Positions 46,716-56,266 of a stretch of DNA of 64,000 bases are shown here, in pieces. How positions within the stretch are numbered: the stretch's first letter is position 1; each line of letters begins with the position of its first letter. Made by a program: the position numbers and the translations under genes. Origin of the DNA: Bdellovibrionia bacterium (lineage in GTDB: Bacteria > Bdellovibrionota > UBA1018); the NCBI GenBank assembly GCA_040399745.1, contig JBBARP010000001.1:202617-266616 (forward strand), in the 5' to 3' direction. The notes under the pieces are model-generated. The model had not been told where the DNA came from. It saw nothing but the letters and a program-made list of their open reading frames with translations, and ran no database searches.

Positions 46716-48446
46716 ATGTCTCTCCAGCTTGCCGAGCTTCTTCAGAAGGACAAGATCATTACGTCCGCTCAGCTTCAGGAATCCGTGGGCGCCGCGCGCG
46801 ATCATGGAAAGGAGCACGTCCGTTTTCTGATTGATCAGAAATACGTCTCGGAGACGAAGCTTCTCTACTACTTAAGCCAGAAATTCGGCCTGGCATCGGT
46901 CAACATCGCAAAATTTGATATCGCGTCTGAAGTCGCAAAAATCCTGACTTCTGACCAAGCATTCAAGTACCAAGCGATACCGATTCAATCCAATCCCACG
47001 ACCGTGGTGCTTGCCGTTTGCGATCCCACGAAAGTGGCGCAGATCGAAGATCTGAAGTTCCAAGTGAAGCGCGCGGTCGAAGTGGTGCTGACCACTTTTT
47101 CGGCCTTTGATGGCGCGATGGAAAAGCACTTCGGCTCGAACCACGCCGTGGGCAACGCCATTGCCCAGTACGAAAAAAGTCAGAAAAAATCGACTGCTGC
47201 TGAGCAGGCCGAAGCGGGTCCAGTCCTAGCGCTTGAGATGAATCAAATTCACGAGATCGATCCGGGCAAAGGCCCCAATATCGATGCACCCGTGATTGCG
47301 CTCGTGAACGGGATTCTCAGCGAAGCCGTGCGCCGAAAGGCCTCCGATATTCACTGCGAGCCCTACGAGAAACGCTTCCGCGTCCGGATGCGGGTAGACG
47401 GCGTCCTTTACGAGACGGCGCAAATTCCCGTCGAAATGAAGCGGGCTGTGATTGCGCGCCTCAAAGTGATGGCGCGACTCGATATCTCCGAATCCCGGAT
47501 TCCCCAAGACGGCCGCATGAAGCTGAAGTTCGGCAATCAAGAGATCGACTTCCGGGTGAACTCCATGCCCACGATCTTCGGCGAAAAAGTAGTGCTTCGT
47601 CAGTTGAACAAGTCCAACGTGAACTTGAAGCTCGATGCCTTGGGTTTTGAGACCGAGCAGATGAAGACTTTCAAAAAGGGGATCTATTCCCCGACAGGCA
47701 TGGTGTTGGTCACGGGCCCGACGGGTTCAGGAAAAACCACCACTCTTTATTCAGCCCTGATGGAGCTGAACCAGATTTCAGACAACGTTTCGACTGCGGA
47801 GGATCCGGTCGAATACAACCTAGAAGGCATTAACCAGGTCCAAGTGAATAAGGACGTGGGCCTCACCTTTCCAGCCGTTCTTCGCGCCCTTTTGCGCCAA
47901 GATCCGGACGTGATTCTGGTGGGGGAAGTGCGAGATTACGAAACGGCGGAAGTGGCCATTCAGGCTGCGCTGACGGGCCACTTGGTGCTCTCCACGCTTC
48001 ACACCAATGATGCTCCTTCCACGATCGTTCGTTTGACGAACATGGGAATCGAGCCGTTCCTCGTCGTCGCTTCGCTGAACACCATCGTGGCTCAGCGCCT
48101 GCTTCGCCGACTCTGTACGGAATGCGCGGTCGATCGTGTGCTTCCGAAGGAAAAGATCGCGGAATTCGGCTTTGATCCGGCACGTGCCGACAAATTGAAA
48201 TTCAGAGAGCCGCGGGGTTGTTCTCAGTGCAACAACACGGGCTACCGCGGACGAATGGCCATTTACGAGGTCATGGAATTCAGTCAGGCCTTGAAAGAAA
48301 TGGTTCTACGCGGGGATAGCGTTTTGGATTTGAAGCGCCGAGCAGTCAAGGACGGCATGCAAACTTTGCGGGTCTCTGCTCTTTCAAAAGCAGCCGCAGG
48401 CCTCACCTCAGTAGAAGAGGCTCTGACCCTGACAATGGAGAACTAA
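46716..48446 (+). CDS. pilB: Type IV pilus extension ATPase PilB
   Basis: ASDIHCEP, RIPQDGR, GPTGSGKTTTLY, EDPVE, LRQDPD, TLHTN, CTEC...CSQC. Confidence 0.93.
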   Translation: MSLQLAELLQKDKIITSAQLQESVGAARDHGKEHVRFLIDQKYVSETKLLYYLSQKFGLASVNIAKFDIASEVAKILTSDQAFKYQAIPIQSNPTTVVLAVCDPTKVAQIEDLKFQVKRAVEVVLTTFSAFDGAMEKHFGSNHAVGNAIAQYEKSQKKSTAAEQAEAGPVLALEMNQIHEIDPGKGPNIDAPVIALVNGILSEAVRRKASDIHCEPYEKRFRVRMRVDGVLYETAQIPVEMKRAVIARLKVMARLDISESRIPQDGRMKLKFGNQEIDFRVNSMPTIFGEKVVLRQLNKSNVNLKLDALGFETEQMKTFKKGIYSPTGMVLVTGPTGSGKTTTLYSALMELNQISDNVSTAEDPVEYNLEGINQVQVNKDVGLTFPAVLRALLRQDPDVILVGEVRDYETAEVAIQAALTGHLVLSTLHTNDAPSTIVRLTNMGIEPFLVVASLNTIVAQRLLRRLCTECAVDRVLPKEKIAEFGFDPARADKLKFREPRGCSQCNNTGYRGRMAIYEVMEFSQALKEMVLRGDSVLDLKRRAVKDGMQTLRVSALSKAAAGLTSVEEALTLTMEN

Positions 48447-48451
48447 CGCTC

Positions 48452-49534
48452 ATGGCGCGAGTCGGACTTCCAGCACTACTCAAAGCGATGGTGGATCAGG
48501 ACGCTTCTGACCTTCACATCACGGTGGGCGTGCCTCCTGAGATGCGGATTCAGGGGAAAATGACCAAAGTGAAGACCGACGTCCTCACGCACCAGGACAC
48601 CAAGGAAATCTGTTACTCGGTTTTGACCGACGCTCAAAAAAGGGATTTCGAGCAGAACCTCGAAGTCGACTTTTCCTTCGGCATTAAAGATGTGGCCCGG
48701 TTCCGGGGCAATTTGTTTTACCAACGGGGTGGCGTGGCAGGCGTGTTTCGGCGAATTCCGCTTGAGATTCCCGATTTCAACGCGCTCGGGCTTCCTCAGG
48801 TCTTGAAGAAAATCATTCGACGCCCGAACGGGCTGATCTTGGTCACGGGCCCCACGGGTTCGGGGAAATCAACCTCGCTTGCGGGCCTGCTCGATATTCT
48901 GAACCGCGAAGAGTACGGCCACTTGGTGACCGTTGAAGACCCGATCGAGTTTGTTCATCCGCACAAAAACTGCATCGTGAACCAGCGCGAAGTGGGCCAG
49001 GACACAAAAAGCTTTGGTAGCGCACTGAAACGCCTCCTTCGTCAGGACCCGGACTTCATTTTGGTGGGCGAACTTCGGGATGCCGAAACCATCGAAAGCG
49101 CACTGACTTTGGCTGAAACAGGCCACTTGGTGTTTGGCACGCTCCACACCAATAACGCCGTTCAATCGATTAACCGAATCGTGAACGTTTTTCCGCCACA
49201 CCAGCAGCCGCAGATTCGCCAGGTGCTGAGCTTCACGCTTCAAGCGGTCATGTGTCAGCTTCTCTTGCCGAGGAGCTACCAACCGGGCCGCTGTCTCGTG
49301 TACGAGCTATTGATTCCGAATATGGCCATCCGGAACCTGATTCGCGAAGATAAGCTGCATCAGGTTTATTCCGCCATGCAAGCGGGCCAAGAAGAATCGG
49401 GCATGCAGACCATGAACCAGAGTATCCTGGCTCAAGTGAAGGCTGGGGTGCTCTCGAAGCAAGATGCTTTGGATGCCTCGACCATGCCTGAAGAAATTGC
49501 CAAAGCCTTAGGGCAAATTCAGGATAAGCGATGA
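48452..49534 (+). CDS. pilT: Type IV pilus retraction ATPase PilT
   Basis: ASDLHI, GPTGSGKSTS, EDPIE, QREVG, TLHTN, AIRNLIRE, GMQT. Confidence 0.95.
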   Translation: MARVGLPALLKAMVDQDASDLHITVGVPPEMRIQGKMTKVKTDVLTHQDTKEICYSVLTDAQKRDFEQNLEVDFSFGIKDVARFRGNLFYQRGGVAGVFRRIPLEIPDFNALGLPQVLKKIIRRPNGLILVTGPTGSGKSTSLAGLLDILNREEYGHLVTVEDPIEFVHPHKNCIVNQREVGQDTKSFGSALKRLLRQDPDFILVGELRDAETIESALTLAETGHLVFGTLHTNNAVQSINRIVNVFPPHQQPQIRQVLSFTLQAVMCQLLLPRSYQPGRCLVYELLIPNMAIRNLIREDKLHQVYSAMQAGQEESGMQTMNQSILAQVKAGVLSKQDALDASTMPEEIAKALGQIQDKR

Positions 49535-49546
49535 GGCTTCTGAGAC

Positions 49547-50779
49547 ATGTCTGATTACACTTACGTCGGGGTTGATAAGTCCGGCAAAAAAGTGATGGGT
49601 TCCGTGACGGCGCCTACTGAAGGCGACCTTCGAATGATGCTGCGTCAGCAGGGCATTCGGCCCACGAAAGTGGCGTTGTCATCGAAAGAAGGCACACGCC
49701 AACTCACGATGGCGAACCTGTTTAAGGGAAGCGGGCCGTCGGTTCCCTTGGAAGTGATGCTGATCTTTACCCGCCAGCTTTACGTCTTGGTGAGTTCCGG
49801 CATTCCTTTGATTCAGTCGATCGAAACTCTAGCGGATCAAGCCAACCATCCCGCTCTGAAGCAGATTTTGGGTGATGTTCGGGCGCGCGTCACTTCGGGC
49901 GCCTACTTCTGGGAGTCGCTATCGCTCTATCCCCGCGCTTTTTCAAAACTCTATGTTTCGCTGATCCGTGCAGGCGAAAGCTCAGGCTCTCTCGACGAAA
50001 TGCTGAAGCGCTTGACGGGCTACATGGAAGACTCAAACCGCCTGCGCCGACTTTTGAAGTCAGCCATGATCTATCCCATTGCCGTCATATCGGTCGGGAT
50101 CGCGGTCATCGCGGCCATGATGATTTTCGTGATTCCGAAGTTCGAAGAGCTTCTGACCGCAAGCGGCCAAGAGCTGCCTTGGATTACTCAGTTGGTTTTG
50201 AATTCATCGCGCTTCATGGTTTCCAACCTGCTTTACATCGTCGCCGGCGCCGTAGCGGGTGGATACATGCTGCTTCGCTATTTCCGAAGCCCTGAAGGAA
50301 AAGCACTGCTGGACCGTGTGGTCTTTTCGGTTCCGATTTTCGGGCCAATGACACAAAAAGGCGCCGTAGCGCGGTTCTCGCGCACCATGCAGACCTTGCT
50401 TGCAGCGGGTGTTTCGCTTTTGGACGCCATCGATATTTGCCGAACCACGATCGATAACGCCGTGGTGGAAGCGGCTGTGGCGAAGATTCGAACCGAAGTC
50501 GAGGCGGGCAACCGCTTAGGTGTGGTGGTGAGTCGTCTAGATGTGTTTCCGAAAATGGCCGTTCAGATGATCTCAGTTGGCGAGGCCTCAGGTTCACTCG
50601 ATCAGATGCTCGAAAAAGTGGCCGATTTTTATGAAGCCGAAGTGGAAGCGGCTGTGGCCGGGATGTCCAAGCTCATTGAGCCCTTCATCTTGGTGTTCTT
50701 AGGCGGCACCGTGGGCGGGCTTTTGATCGCCATGTACCTGCCGATCTTTAAATTGGCCGGCGGCGGCGGCACGGAATGA
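49547..50779 (+). CDS. pilC: Type IV pilus platform protein PilC
   Basis: FTRQL, AGESSG, AMIYP, RFSRT, VGEASG, LIEP, AMYLPIF. Confidence 0.95.
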   Translation: MSDYTYVGVDKSGKKVMGSVTAPTEGDLRMMLRQQGIRPTKVALSSKEGTRQLTMANLFKGSGPSVPLEVMLIFTRQLYVLVSSGIPLIQSIETLADQANHPALKQILGDVRARVTSGAYFWESLSLYPRAFSKLYVSLIRAGESSGSLDEMLKRLTGYMEDSNRLRRLLKSAMIYPIAVISVGIAVIAAMMIFVIPKFEELLTASGQELPWITQLVLNSSRFMVSNLLYIVAGAVAGGYMLLRYFRSPEGKALLDRVVFSVPIFGPMTQKGAVARFSRTMQTLLAAGVSLLDAIDICRTTIDNAVVEAAVAKIRTEVEAGNRLGVVVSRLDVFPKMAVQMISVGEASGSLDQMLEKVADFYEAEVEAAVAGMSKLIEPFILVFLGGTVGGLLIAMYLPIFKLAGGGGTE

Positions 50780-50789
50780 GGCATTTGAA

Positions 50790-51815
50790 GTGAAGCCGAT
50801 CCTTGGCCAAAGCAAAGCGGTTCATGAGCTTCTGAAGTGGATCGCAAAAGTGGCGGCCGCAAAGACGAACGTGCTTGTCATCGGCGAGAGCGGCACGGGT
50901 AAGGAACTCGTCGCCCGAATGATTCACGACACCGGCCCGCTGAAGGACAAAGCCTTTGTTCCTGTGAACTGCGGCGCCATTCCTGCAAACCTGATTGAAA
51001 GCGAGCTTTTCGGTCATAAGCGGGGCAGCTTCACAGGCGCCGTGACCGAGAAGGACGGCCTTTTTCAAGTGGCCCACGGCGGCACTTTGTTTTTAGACGA
51101 AGTGGGGGAACTTCCCCTAGCGCTTCAAGTGAAGCTGCTTCGAGCGATTCAAGAGCGCACCATTCGAAAAGTGGGCGGGACGGACGACGTGAAAGTCGAC
51201 GTCCGGATCATTGCTGCAACGAACCGCGACTTAGAAGCGGCGGTGAGGCAGGGAAGTTTCCGCGAGGACCTTTACTACCGCCTGAACGTGATTCAGCTCA
51301 AAACCCCGCCCCTTCGCGAACGAGAAGGGGATGTCAGGCTTCTGGCCGATCACTTCTTGAAGCGGTTCTCGGAGCGCTCAGGCCGTAAGGTCGAAGGTTT
51401 CACCGACGAAGCCTGGGCTGCGCTCGATGCGCATTCTTGGCCAGGAAACGTGCGGGAACTCGAGAACGTGATTGAGCGCGCTGTGACTTTGGCGGCAGCG
51501 CTTGGGAAGATTGGGCCCGAGCAATTGCCTTTTGTGAGGGCGAAGAATTCGCAGGCATCAGCTCAGCAGGTTGCAGCAGGTGGCGGAGCGGATAGCGCTC
51601 TATCGGCTGGGACTCCGGACTCTTCGGGCTTTCGCCTTCCTTCGCCCGATTTTTCACAAGGCTCGGTACCGCTTCAGAAAATCCTCGAACAAGTGGAGCG
51701 CACTTACTTTGAAGCCGCTTTGAAAGCAGTGGGGGGAGTTCGCCCGCGAGCGGCTGATCTTCTTCAGCTTCCGGTGAAGACTTTCCAGACCCGCGCGAAG
51801 AAGCTCGGGGTTTGA
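50790..51815 (+). CDS. PilR-like sigma54 enhancer-binding protein lacking a receiver domain
   Basis: GESGTGKE, ESELFGH..GSFTGA, LFLDEVGE, FREDLYYRLNV, WPGNVREL, Fis-type HTH. Begins 10 nt after pilC. Confidence 0.85.
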   Translation: MKPILGQSKAVHELLKWIAKVAAAKTNVLVIGESGTGKELVARMIHDTGPLKDKAFVPVNCGAIPANLIESELFGHKRGSFTGAVTEKDGLFQVAHGGTLFLDEVGELPLALQVKLLRAIQERTIRKVGGTDDVKVDVRIIAATNRDLEAAVRQGSFREDLYYRLNVIQLKTPPLREREGDVRLLADHFLKRFSERSGRKVEGFTDEAWAALDAHSWPGNVRELENVIERAVTLAAALGKIGPEQLPFVRAKNSQASAQQVAAGGGADSALSAGTPDSSGFRLPSPDFSQGSVPLQKILEQVERTYFEAALKAVGGVRPRAADLLQLPVKTFQTRAKKLGV

Positions 51816-51832
51816 AGTTTTGAGCCAGCCCT

Positions 51833-51882
51833 AAAAGCAGAAACCCCGCAGGCCCAAGGGGCGCTGCGGGGTTTCCAGTTTT
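51833..51882. terminator. Terminator hairpin between convergent pilR-like and pilA
   Basis: 12-bp stem GAAACCCCGCAG (51840-51) / CTGCGGGGTTTC (51864-75), with short A/T tracts on both sides. Confidence 0.75.
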
Positions 51883-51906
51883 AAGACTGAGACTTGAAGC
51901 GCGAGA

Positions 51907-52554
51907 TCAGACGCCGTTTTGGGCGTTGTTCAGAGTCTTTGCCTGATTGATCGTCCACCGGTCACCACCGCCGTTGCCAGCAGCGGCTGCGGCGGCCACG
52001 GCCGGGGCCGATGACACCCTGCCTACAGCTGTCACAACAAAGACTGTCTGATTGACGTCGGATACACTAGGAGCTTCGGCCAAAGCGGCGGCTGGAAGAA
52101 TGAGGCCGCCTAATGCTGCCGTGGCGAGGTAGAAGTTCTGGTTCTGTGTCAAACCCGGGTCCGCCCCAACCCCCCCGCAGAACAGGGTCGCGGCTCCCGC
52201 GTTATCGAACATATAGGCGTCACAAGGTTGGTTGTTTGCAGGGCCGCAGGTGTCAACACCGGGATCGTTGATTCCCACCGTGTAGTACCGCTTGGCTCCT
52301 GCAGTGGATTCAAACCCAATGTCGTTCAGACAGGTCGTATACGTCCCCACTTCAGCGAAGTACGACTGAAGTGCCGTGTAGCTGGAAGCCAACATCACCT
52401 TCGCTTCGCTCTGCCGTGCGCGGGCTTGGTACTTTTGGTAGTTCGGAATGGCCACTGCCGCCAGGATGCCGATGATGGCAACGACCACCATCAGTTCGAC
52501 CAGCGTGAAGCCAGATTTCGAGATCAGCCGCTTCGGCATTTTAAGATTACTCAT
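51907..52554 (-). CDS. pilA: Type IVa major pilin
   Basis: Class III signal [27 protein letters not shown]...ARQSEAK, own RBS and terminator. Confidence 0.93.
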   Translation of the reverse strand: MSNLKMPKRLISKSGFTLVELMVVVAIIGILAAVAIPNYQKYQARARQSEAKVMLASSYTALQSYFAEVGTYTTCLNDIGFESTAGAKRYYTVGINDPGVDTCGPANNQPCDAYMFDNAGAATLFCGGVGADPGLTQNQNFYLATAALGGLILPAAALAEAPSVSDVNQTVFVVTAVGRVSSAPAVAAAAAAGNGGGDRWTINQAKTLNNAQNGV

Positions 52555-52611
52555 AACGTTCCCTTTCTAGGTCCGTCTCATACAGCGAGCCCTCCACTCA
52601 GGATCGAAGTC

Positions 52612-52626
52612 TCAAGATACGTACCG
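52612..52626 (-). promoter_or_regulatory. Candidate sigma54 (-24/-12) promoter of pilA
   Basis: Minus strand CGGTACG-TATC-TTGA versus consensus TGGCACG-N4-TTGC (A at -12). Confidence 0.4.
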
Positions 52627-52729
52627 CGATCGATCGTGAGTTTTTGGTATTGATATCAGTGTAAACAGTTCAATTCAGTCGTGCAAACTCTTTTGAATTC
52701 CTCTTGCCTTCGCTAAGGTAGCTCTTCGG

Positions 52730-53740
52730 ATGGGGACATTGAGGGCAGAGCGTGTCGCAAAGGACACAGGTGCAACGAGTGCTCGACGCGAAGCAAGCGT
52801 CGGAACGCTGACGCTCGCTCTAGGCTTAGGCCTATTCGCGCTTCAAGCAGGTGTTCTTTTGCCGAAGCTTCAGCGCCTTTGGGGAAGCGCGGGCGAAGCC
52901 CTGCATGCTCCGGCTCCAGCCCGTGCGAGTGAAAAAGACGCATGGAACCCCGCTTGGGCAAGGACCTTGAGTCTCGGCCAAGGCCAAGCCTTTGCAGATT
53001 GGCTTTTTGTCCGCGCCTTGATTGAGGACGCTCCTTCTCGTCCGCTGAAGGCCGGCGAAAGGTCGCGCGCATCGGTATGGTTGGACTTGGCCTCCAGGCT
53101 TGATCCCGCCTATTTCGAAATGCACCAAAACGGTGCCCTCTATTTAAGTGTGGCCCTGCACGATACCGATGGGGGCCTTGCGCTGGTTTCGCGCGCCAAC
53201 GAATGGCGAAAATCGCAACTTCCTTCTTGGCCTGTATCGTTTCAAGAAACCGAGTGGAAAAGCGCTTGGTCCCTTCCCGTGATTCAGGCCTATTTATATC
53301 TTTTCGAAAAAGAAAACTTAGTCGAGGCAGGGAAAGCGTATCAAGAAGCTGCCGCTCATCCGAAGGCGCCAGCGTATCTGAAGAGCTTGGGGCACCGCTT
53401 TGACAGCCCGGGCGGAATTTATGAGGCAGGAGCCAGAATCTTAGGCTTCATGATTCCGGCCGCAGCACCGGGGGCCCCCAGGGAAGCCCTGATTCGAAAG
53501 CGCGCGGTGCTGATCGTTCACAATCAGCTTTGGCAGATCGATCAGGATTTTTCGGCCTACCTAAAAAAGATGCGAGTTGCACCCACGCCACAGGCCAGGC
53601 ACAGGGCTTGGGATAACTTTCGAGCGCGCTTAGCTCCGACTGACGCTTTAGGTGGACGGTGGACTTTTGATGCGAAGACCGGACAGGTGGGAACAACGAC
53701 AAAGCTCGAAAAGGTCTTTGGCGTAGGAGAAGGAAACTAA
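52730..53740 (+). CDS. PilG-like accessory protein (Myxococcus-type pilGHI)
   Basis: N-terminal TM, LSLG...ADWLFVRAL, LDPAYF, YLYLFE...AA.HP.APAYL, DALGG. Lies directly before an ABC pair. Confidence 0.6.
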   Translation: MGTLRAERVAKDTGATSARREASVGTLTLALGLGLFALQAGVLLPKLQRLWGSAGEALHAPAPARASEKDAWNPAWARTLSLGQGQAFADWLFVRALIEDAPSRPLKAGERSRASVWLDLASRLDPAYFEMHQNGALYLSVALHDTDGGLALVSRANEWRKSQLPSWPVSFQETEWKSAWSLPVIQAYLYLFEKENLVEAGKAYQEAAAHPKAPAYLKSLGHRFDSPGGIYEAGARILGFMIPAAAPGAPREALIRKRAVLIVHNQLWQIDQDFSAYLKKMRVAPTPQARHRAWDNFRARLAPTDALGGRWTFDAKTGQVGTTTKLEKVFGVGEGN

Positions 53741-53742
53741 CC

Positions 53743-54678
53743 ATGGCGGCACGCTTAGAGATCAAAGAGGTTCATCAATCCTTTGCTACGGGGTTTTGGC
53801 TCAGGCCCGCTCACATCCTTCGCGGCGTGAGTCTCGAAGTGCCCGAGGGTTCCGTCTACGGGTTTTTAGGAGCAAACGGAGCTGGAAAGACCACTCTGAT
53901 TCATCTCATTACCGGACTAAGAAAACCGAAGTCGGGCTCTCTCACTTTGGACGGGGTGGAAGTTCGCTCGCGCGAGGCGCGCTCCCGCTTAGGCTATTTG
54001 CCCGAGCGCCCTTATTTTCATGAGCACCTGACCGGCGAAGGGCTTCTTCAGTATTTCGGAGCCCTGTCTAACTTGTCTGGAAAGAAGTTAGAAACCCGGA
54101 TCACGGAAGTTTTGGATCAAGTGAACTTGCGAGACGCTCGCCGCGTTCGTCTTCGGAACTTCTCAAAAGGCATGCTTCAGCGTTTGGGCCTAGCTCAAGC
54201 GGTTCTTCACGAGCCTGATTTTCTGGTCCTCGATGAACCCATGAGCGGCCTAGATCCTTTAGGGAGAAAAGAGATTCGCGAGCTGATCCTCAGGCAAGCA
54301 GAACTCGGGAAAACGGTTTTCTTCAGTACGCACGTGATTTCAGACGTTGAGACGCTTTGCGACCGAGTGGGCTTGATCTCGAAAGGCCAAATGGTCCGCA
54401 CCGGGAAAGTGGCCGAGCTTTTGTCGGAACGATCGGGCGGCACGGAAGTATGGTTAGAAGGATCTGCCGCGCCGAGTGGCGCAGATACCTGGACCGGGGT
54501 TGATTCGGTTCGTGTCAATCCAGACGGAGTCCGGGTTCTGGCACGCGAAGGGACGGATCTGGGCGCACTGGTTTCGGAACTTCGGTCGCAAGGCGCAAAG
54601 CTTCGAGCCGTTCTACCCGTTCGGCCCAGTTTAGAAGATTACTTCGGTTCGATTGGCCGCAAGGAGGATCGCTCATGA
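53743..54678 (+). CDS. pilH: ABC transporter ATPase (PilH-like)
   Basis: GANGAGKTT, GYLPERPYF, FSKGMLQRLG, LDEPMSGLDP. Confidence 0.8.
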   Translation: MAARLEIKEVHQSFATGFWLRPAHILRGVSLEVPEGSVYGFLGANGAGKTTLIHLITGLRKPKSGSLTLDGVEVRSREARSRLGYLPERPYFHEHLTGEGLLQYFGALSNLSGKKLETRITEVLDQVNLRDARRVRLRNFSKGMLQRLGLAQAVLHEPDFLVLDEPMSGLDPLGRKEIRELILRQAELGKTVFFSTHVISDVETLCDRVGLISKGQMVRTGKVAELLSERSGGTEVWLEGSAAPSGADTWTGVDSVRVNPDGVRVLAREGTDLGALVSELRSQGAKLRAVLPVRPSLEDYFGSIGRKEDRS

Positions 54679-55487
54679 GTCGGGGGCCTGGGCTTTTTCG
54701 AGTGGCGGGGGCGGTGGCGAAAGTCACGTTCCGAGAAATCTTAGGAGACCGGATTCTTTACGGAGTCTTGGTTCTTGCTGTGCTGTTCTTGGGGCTTGCG
54801 ATTTTGGGCACCCAGCTTAGTTTTGTCAGTCCCGAGCGGTTGATCATCGATTTTGGGTTGGCAGCGCTTGGGATTTCAGGAGCGCTGCTTGGGATTTTTC
54901 TTGGGTCCTCTTCCTTGAACCGGGAATTTGAGCGGCGAACGATTCAAGTGGCGCTCTCGCATCCGATTGGGCGTGGTCAGTTTCTGTTCGGAAAATTCTT
55001 GGGCGTGGTTCTGGCTCTAGGCGTGAACTGGCTGCTTCTTGGGCTGGTCTTTACTCTGGTGGCAGGCCTCTTCTCGGTCGGCGGTTTTGGAAGCTTGTTT
55101 GGGCGGTTGGACGGAGCCATGGGGGCAGCGTTTTTCCTGCTCTGGCTTCAAAGCGCGGTGTTGGCAGCCGTCGCGCTCCTTTTTTCGACCTACTCCAGCA
55201 CCTTAGTCTCGGCCTTCGTCACTTTCGGAGTTTTCTTAGTGGGAAGCTCGGTGACGGATCTGGGCTCGATTGCTTCAAAATCAGAATCCCCGACGCTTCG
55301 GGCGGTGGCCTGGACGGTGGTTCGTGCAGTGCCGAATCTCGAGTACTTTAACCTGCGCGAAAAAGTGTCTTACGATTTGGCGCTTGCGCCGGGTTTAGTG
55401 CCCGTTTCGATGCTCTACGCCTTGGCCTGGATGGGGGCGTGTTTAGTCTTGGCTTCTTTCTTGGTTCGCACGAAGGACACTCCGTGA
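54675..55487 (+). CDS. pilI: ABC transporter permease (PilI-like)
   Basis: TFREILGDRILY, DFGL, REFERRTI...LSHPI.R.QFLFGKFLG, PNLEYFN. Confidence 0.8.
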   Translation: MSRGPGLFRVAGAVAKVTFREILGDRILYGVLVLAVLFLGLAILGTQLSFVSPERLIIDFGLAALGISGALLGIFLGSSSLNREFERRTIQVALSHPIGRGQFLFGKFLGVVLALGVNWLLLGLVFTLVAGLFSVGGFGSLFGRLDGAMGAAFFLLWLQSAVLAAVALLFSTYSSTLVSAFVTFGVFLVGSSVTDLGSIASKSESPTLRAVAWTVVRAVPNLEYFNLREKVSYDLALAPGLVPVSMLYALAWMGACLVLASFLVRTKDTP

Positions 55488-56266
55488 CTCTCGAACAATT
55501 TCACTTAGGCATCACCACGGCGCTTGGGCTTCTGATTGGCAGCTTTTTGAATGTCGTCATTCACCGCCTACCTGAGGGGCAGTCGATTGTTCGGCCGCGA
55601 AGTTCCTGCCCCAGGTGCCGAAAGCCGGTTGCTTGGTTTGATAATCTTCCCATCCTTTCTTGGCTTCTTCTGAAGGGTAGATGCCGCCACTGCAAAAAAT
55701 CCATTTCGGTTCGTTACCCGGTCGTCGAGGCCTTGACCGCTTGTTTGTTTCTGGCGGCCTTTCACCGGGGTGAGTGGGGGACGACTCTTTGGATTCGGGA
55801 TTGGCCGTTTCTCGCAGCGCTGATCGCTGTATCGTTTATCGACCTTCAGCACCGAATCATACCTGATGAGTTGTCGTGGGGCGGCTTGGCCTTTGGCCTT
55901 CTCACTTCTGTCTTAGACCCAGAACTTGGGTGGCAGGGAGCTTTGATCGGTTCAGCGGTGGGCTTTGTCTTCTTCTATGCGCTGGCGGCAGGCTACGAGC
56001 GTTGGTCGGGGAAGATGGGACTGGGCGGGGGCGATATTAAGCTTCTTGCGATGCTCGGCGCTTTCTTAGGCTGGCGAGGCGTTTTTGCGACCGTACTTCT
56101 CAGTTCGATCGTGGGCAGCTTGGTCGGTGTGGGCTGGGCGCTCGCGAGTCGTAAAAAAGAGGTGATGGGGCTCGCGATTCCGTACGGACCCTTTCTGGTG
56201 CTTGGGGCCTTGTGCTACTTTCTGTTCGGAGGCCAACCGTGGTTCCAATTCATCCTACCGATCTAG
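55484..56266 (+). CDS. pilD: Prepilin peptidase/N-methyltransferase
   Basis: GSFLNVVIHRLP, SSCPRC, GRCRHC, IDLQHRIIPD, GGGDIKL, IPYGPFL. GTG start overlaps the pilI stop. Confidence 0.95.
   Translation: MTLEQFHLGITTALGLLIGSFLNVVIHRLPEGQSIVRPRSSCPRCRKPVAWFDNLPILSWLLLKGRCRHCKKSISVRYPVVEALTACLFLAAFHRGEWGTTLWIRDWPFLAALIAVSFIDLQHRIIPDELSWGGLAFGLLTSVLDPELGWQGALIGSAVGFVFFYALAAGYERWSGKMGLGGGDIKLLAMLGAFLGWRGVFATVLLSSIVGSLVGVGWALASRKKEVMGLAIPYGPFLVLGALCYFLFGGQPWFQFILPI

Noticed and set aside
51907..52554. Electrically conductive (e-)pilin
   Set aside because: Aromatics occur at positions 1, 24, 27, 50, 51 and 57, but this is a full-length 200-aa pilin with 17 aromatics (8.5%) and long aromatic-free gaps, and there are no cytochrome genes nearby.
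51816..52729. Invertible (phase-variable) pilA cassette
   Set aside because: No flanking inverted repeats or recombinase seen; the terminator and promoter fit a fixed orientation.
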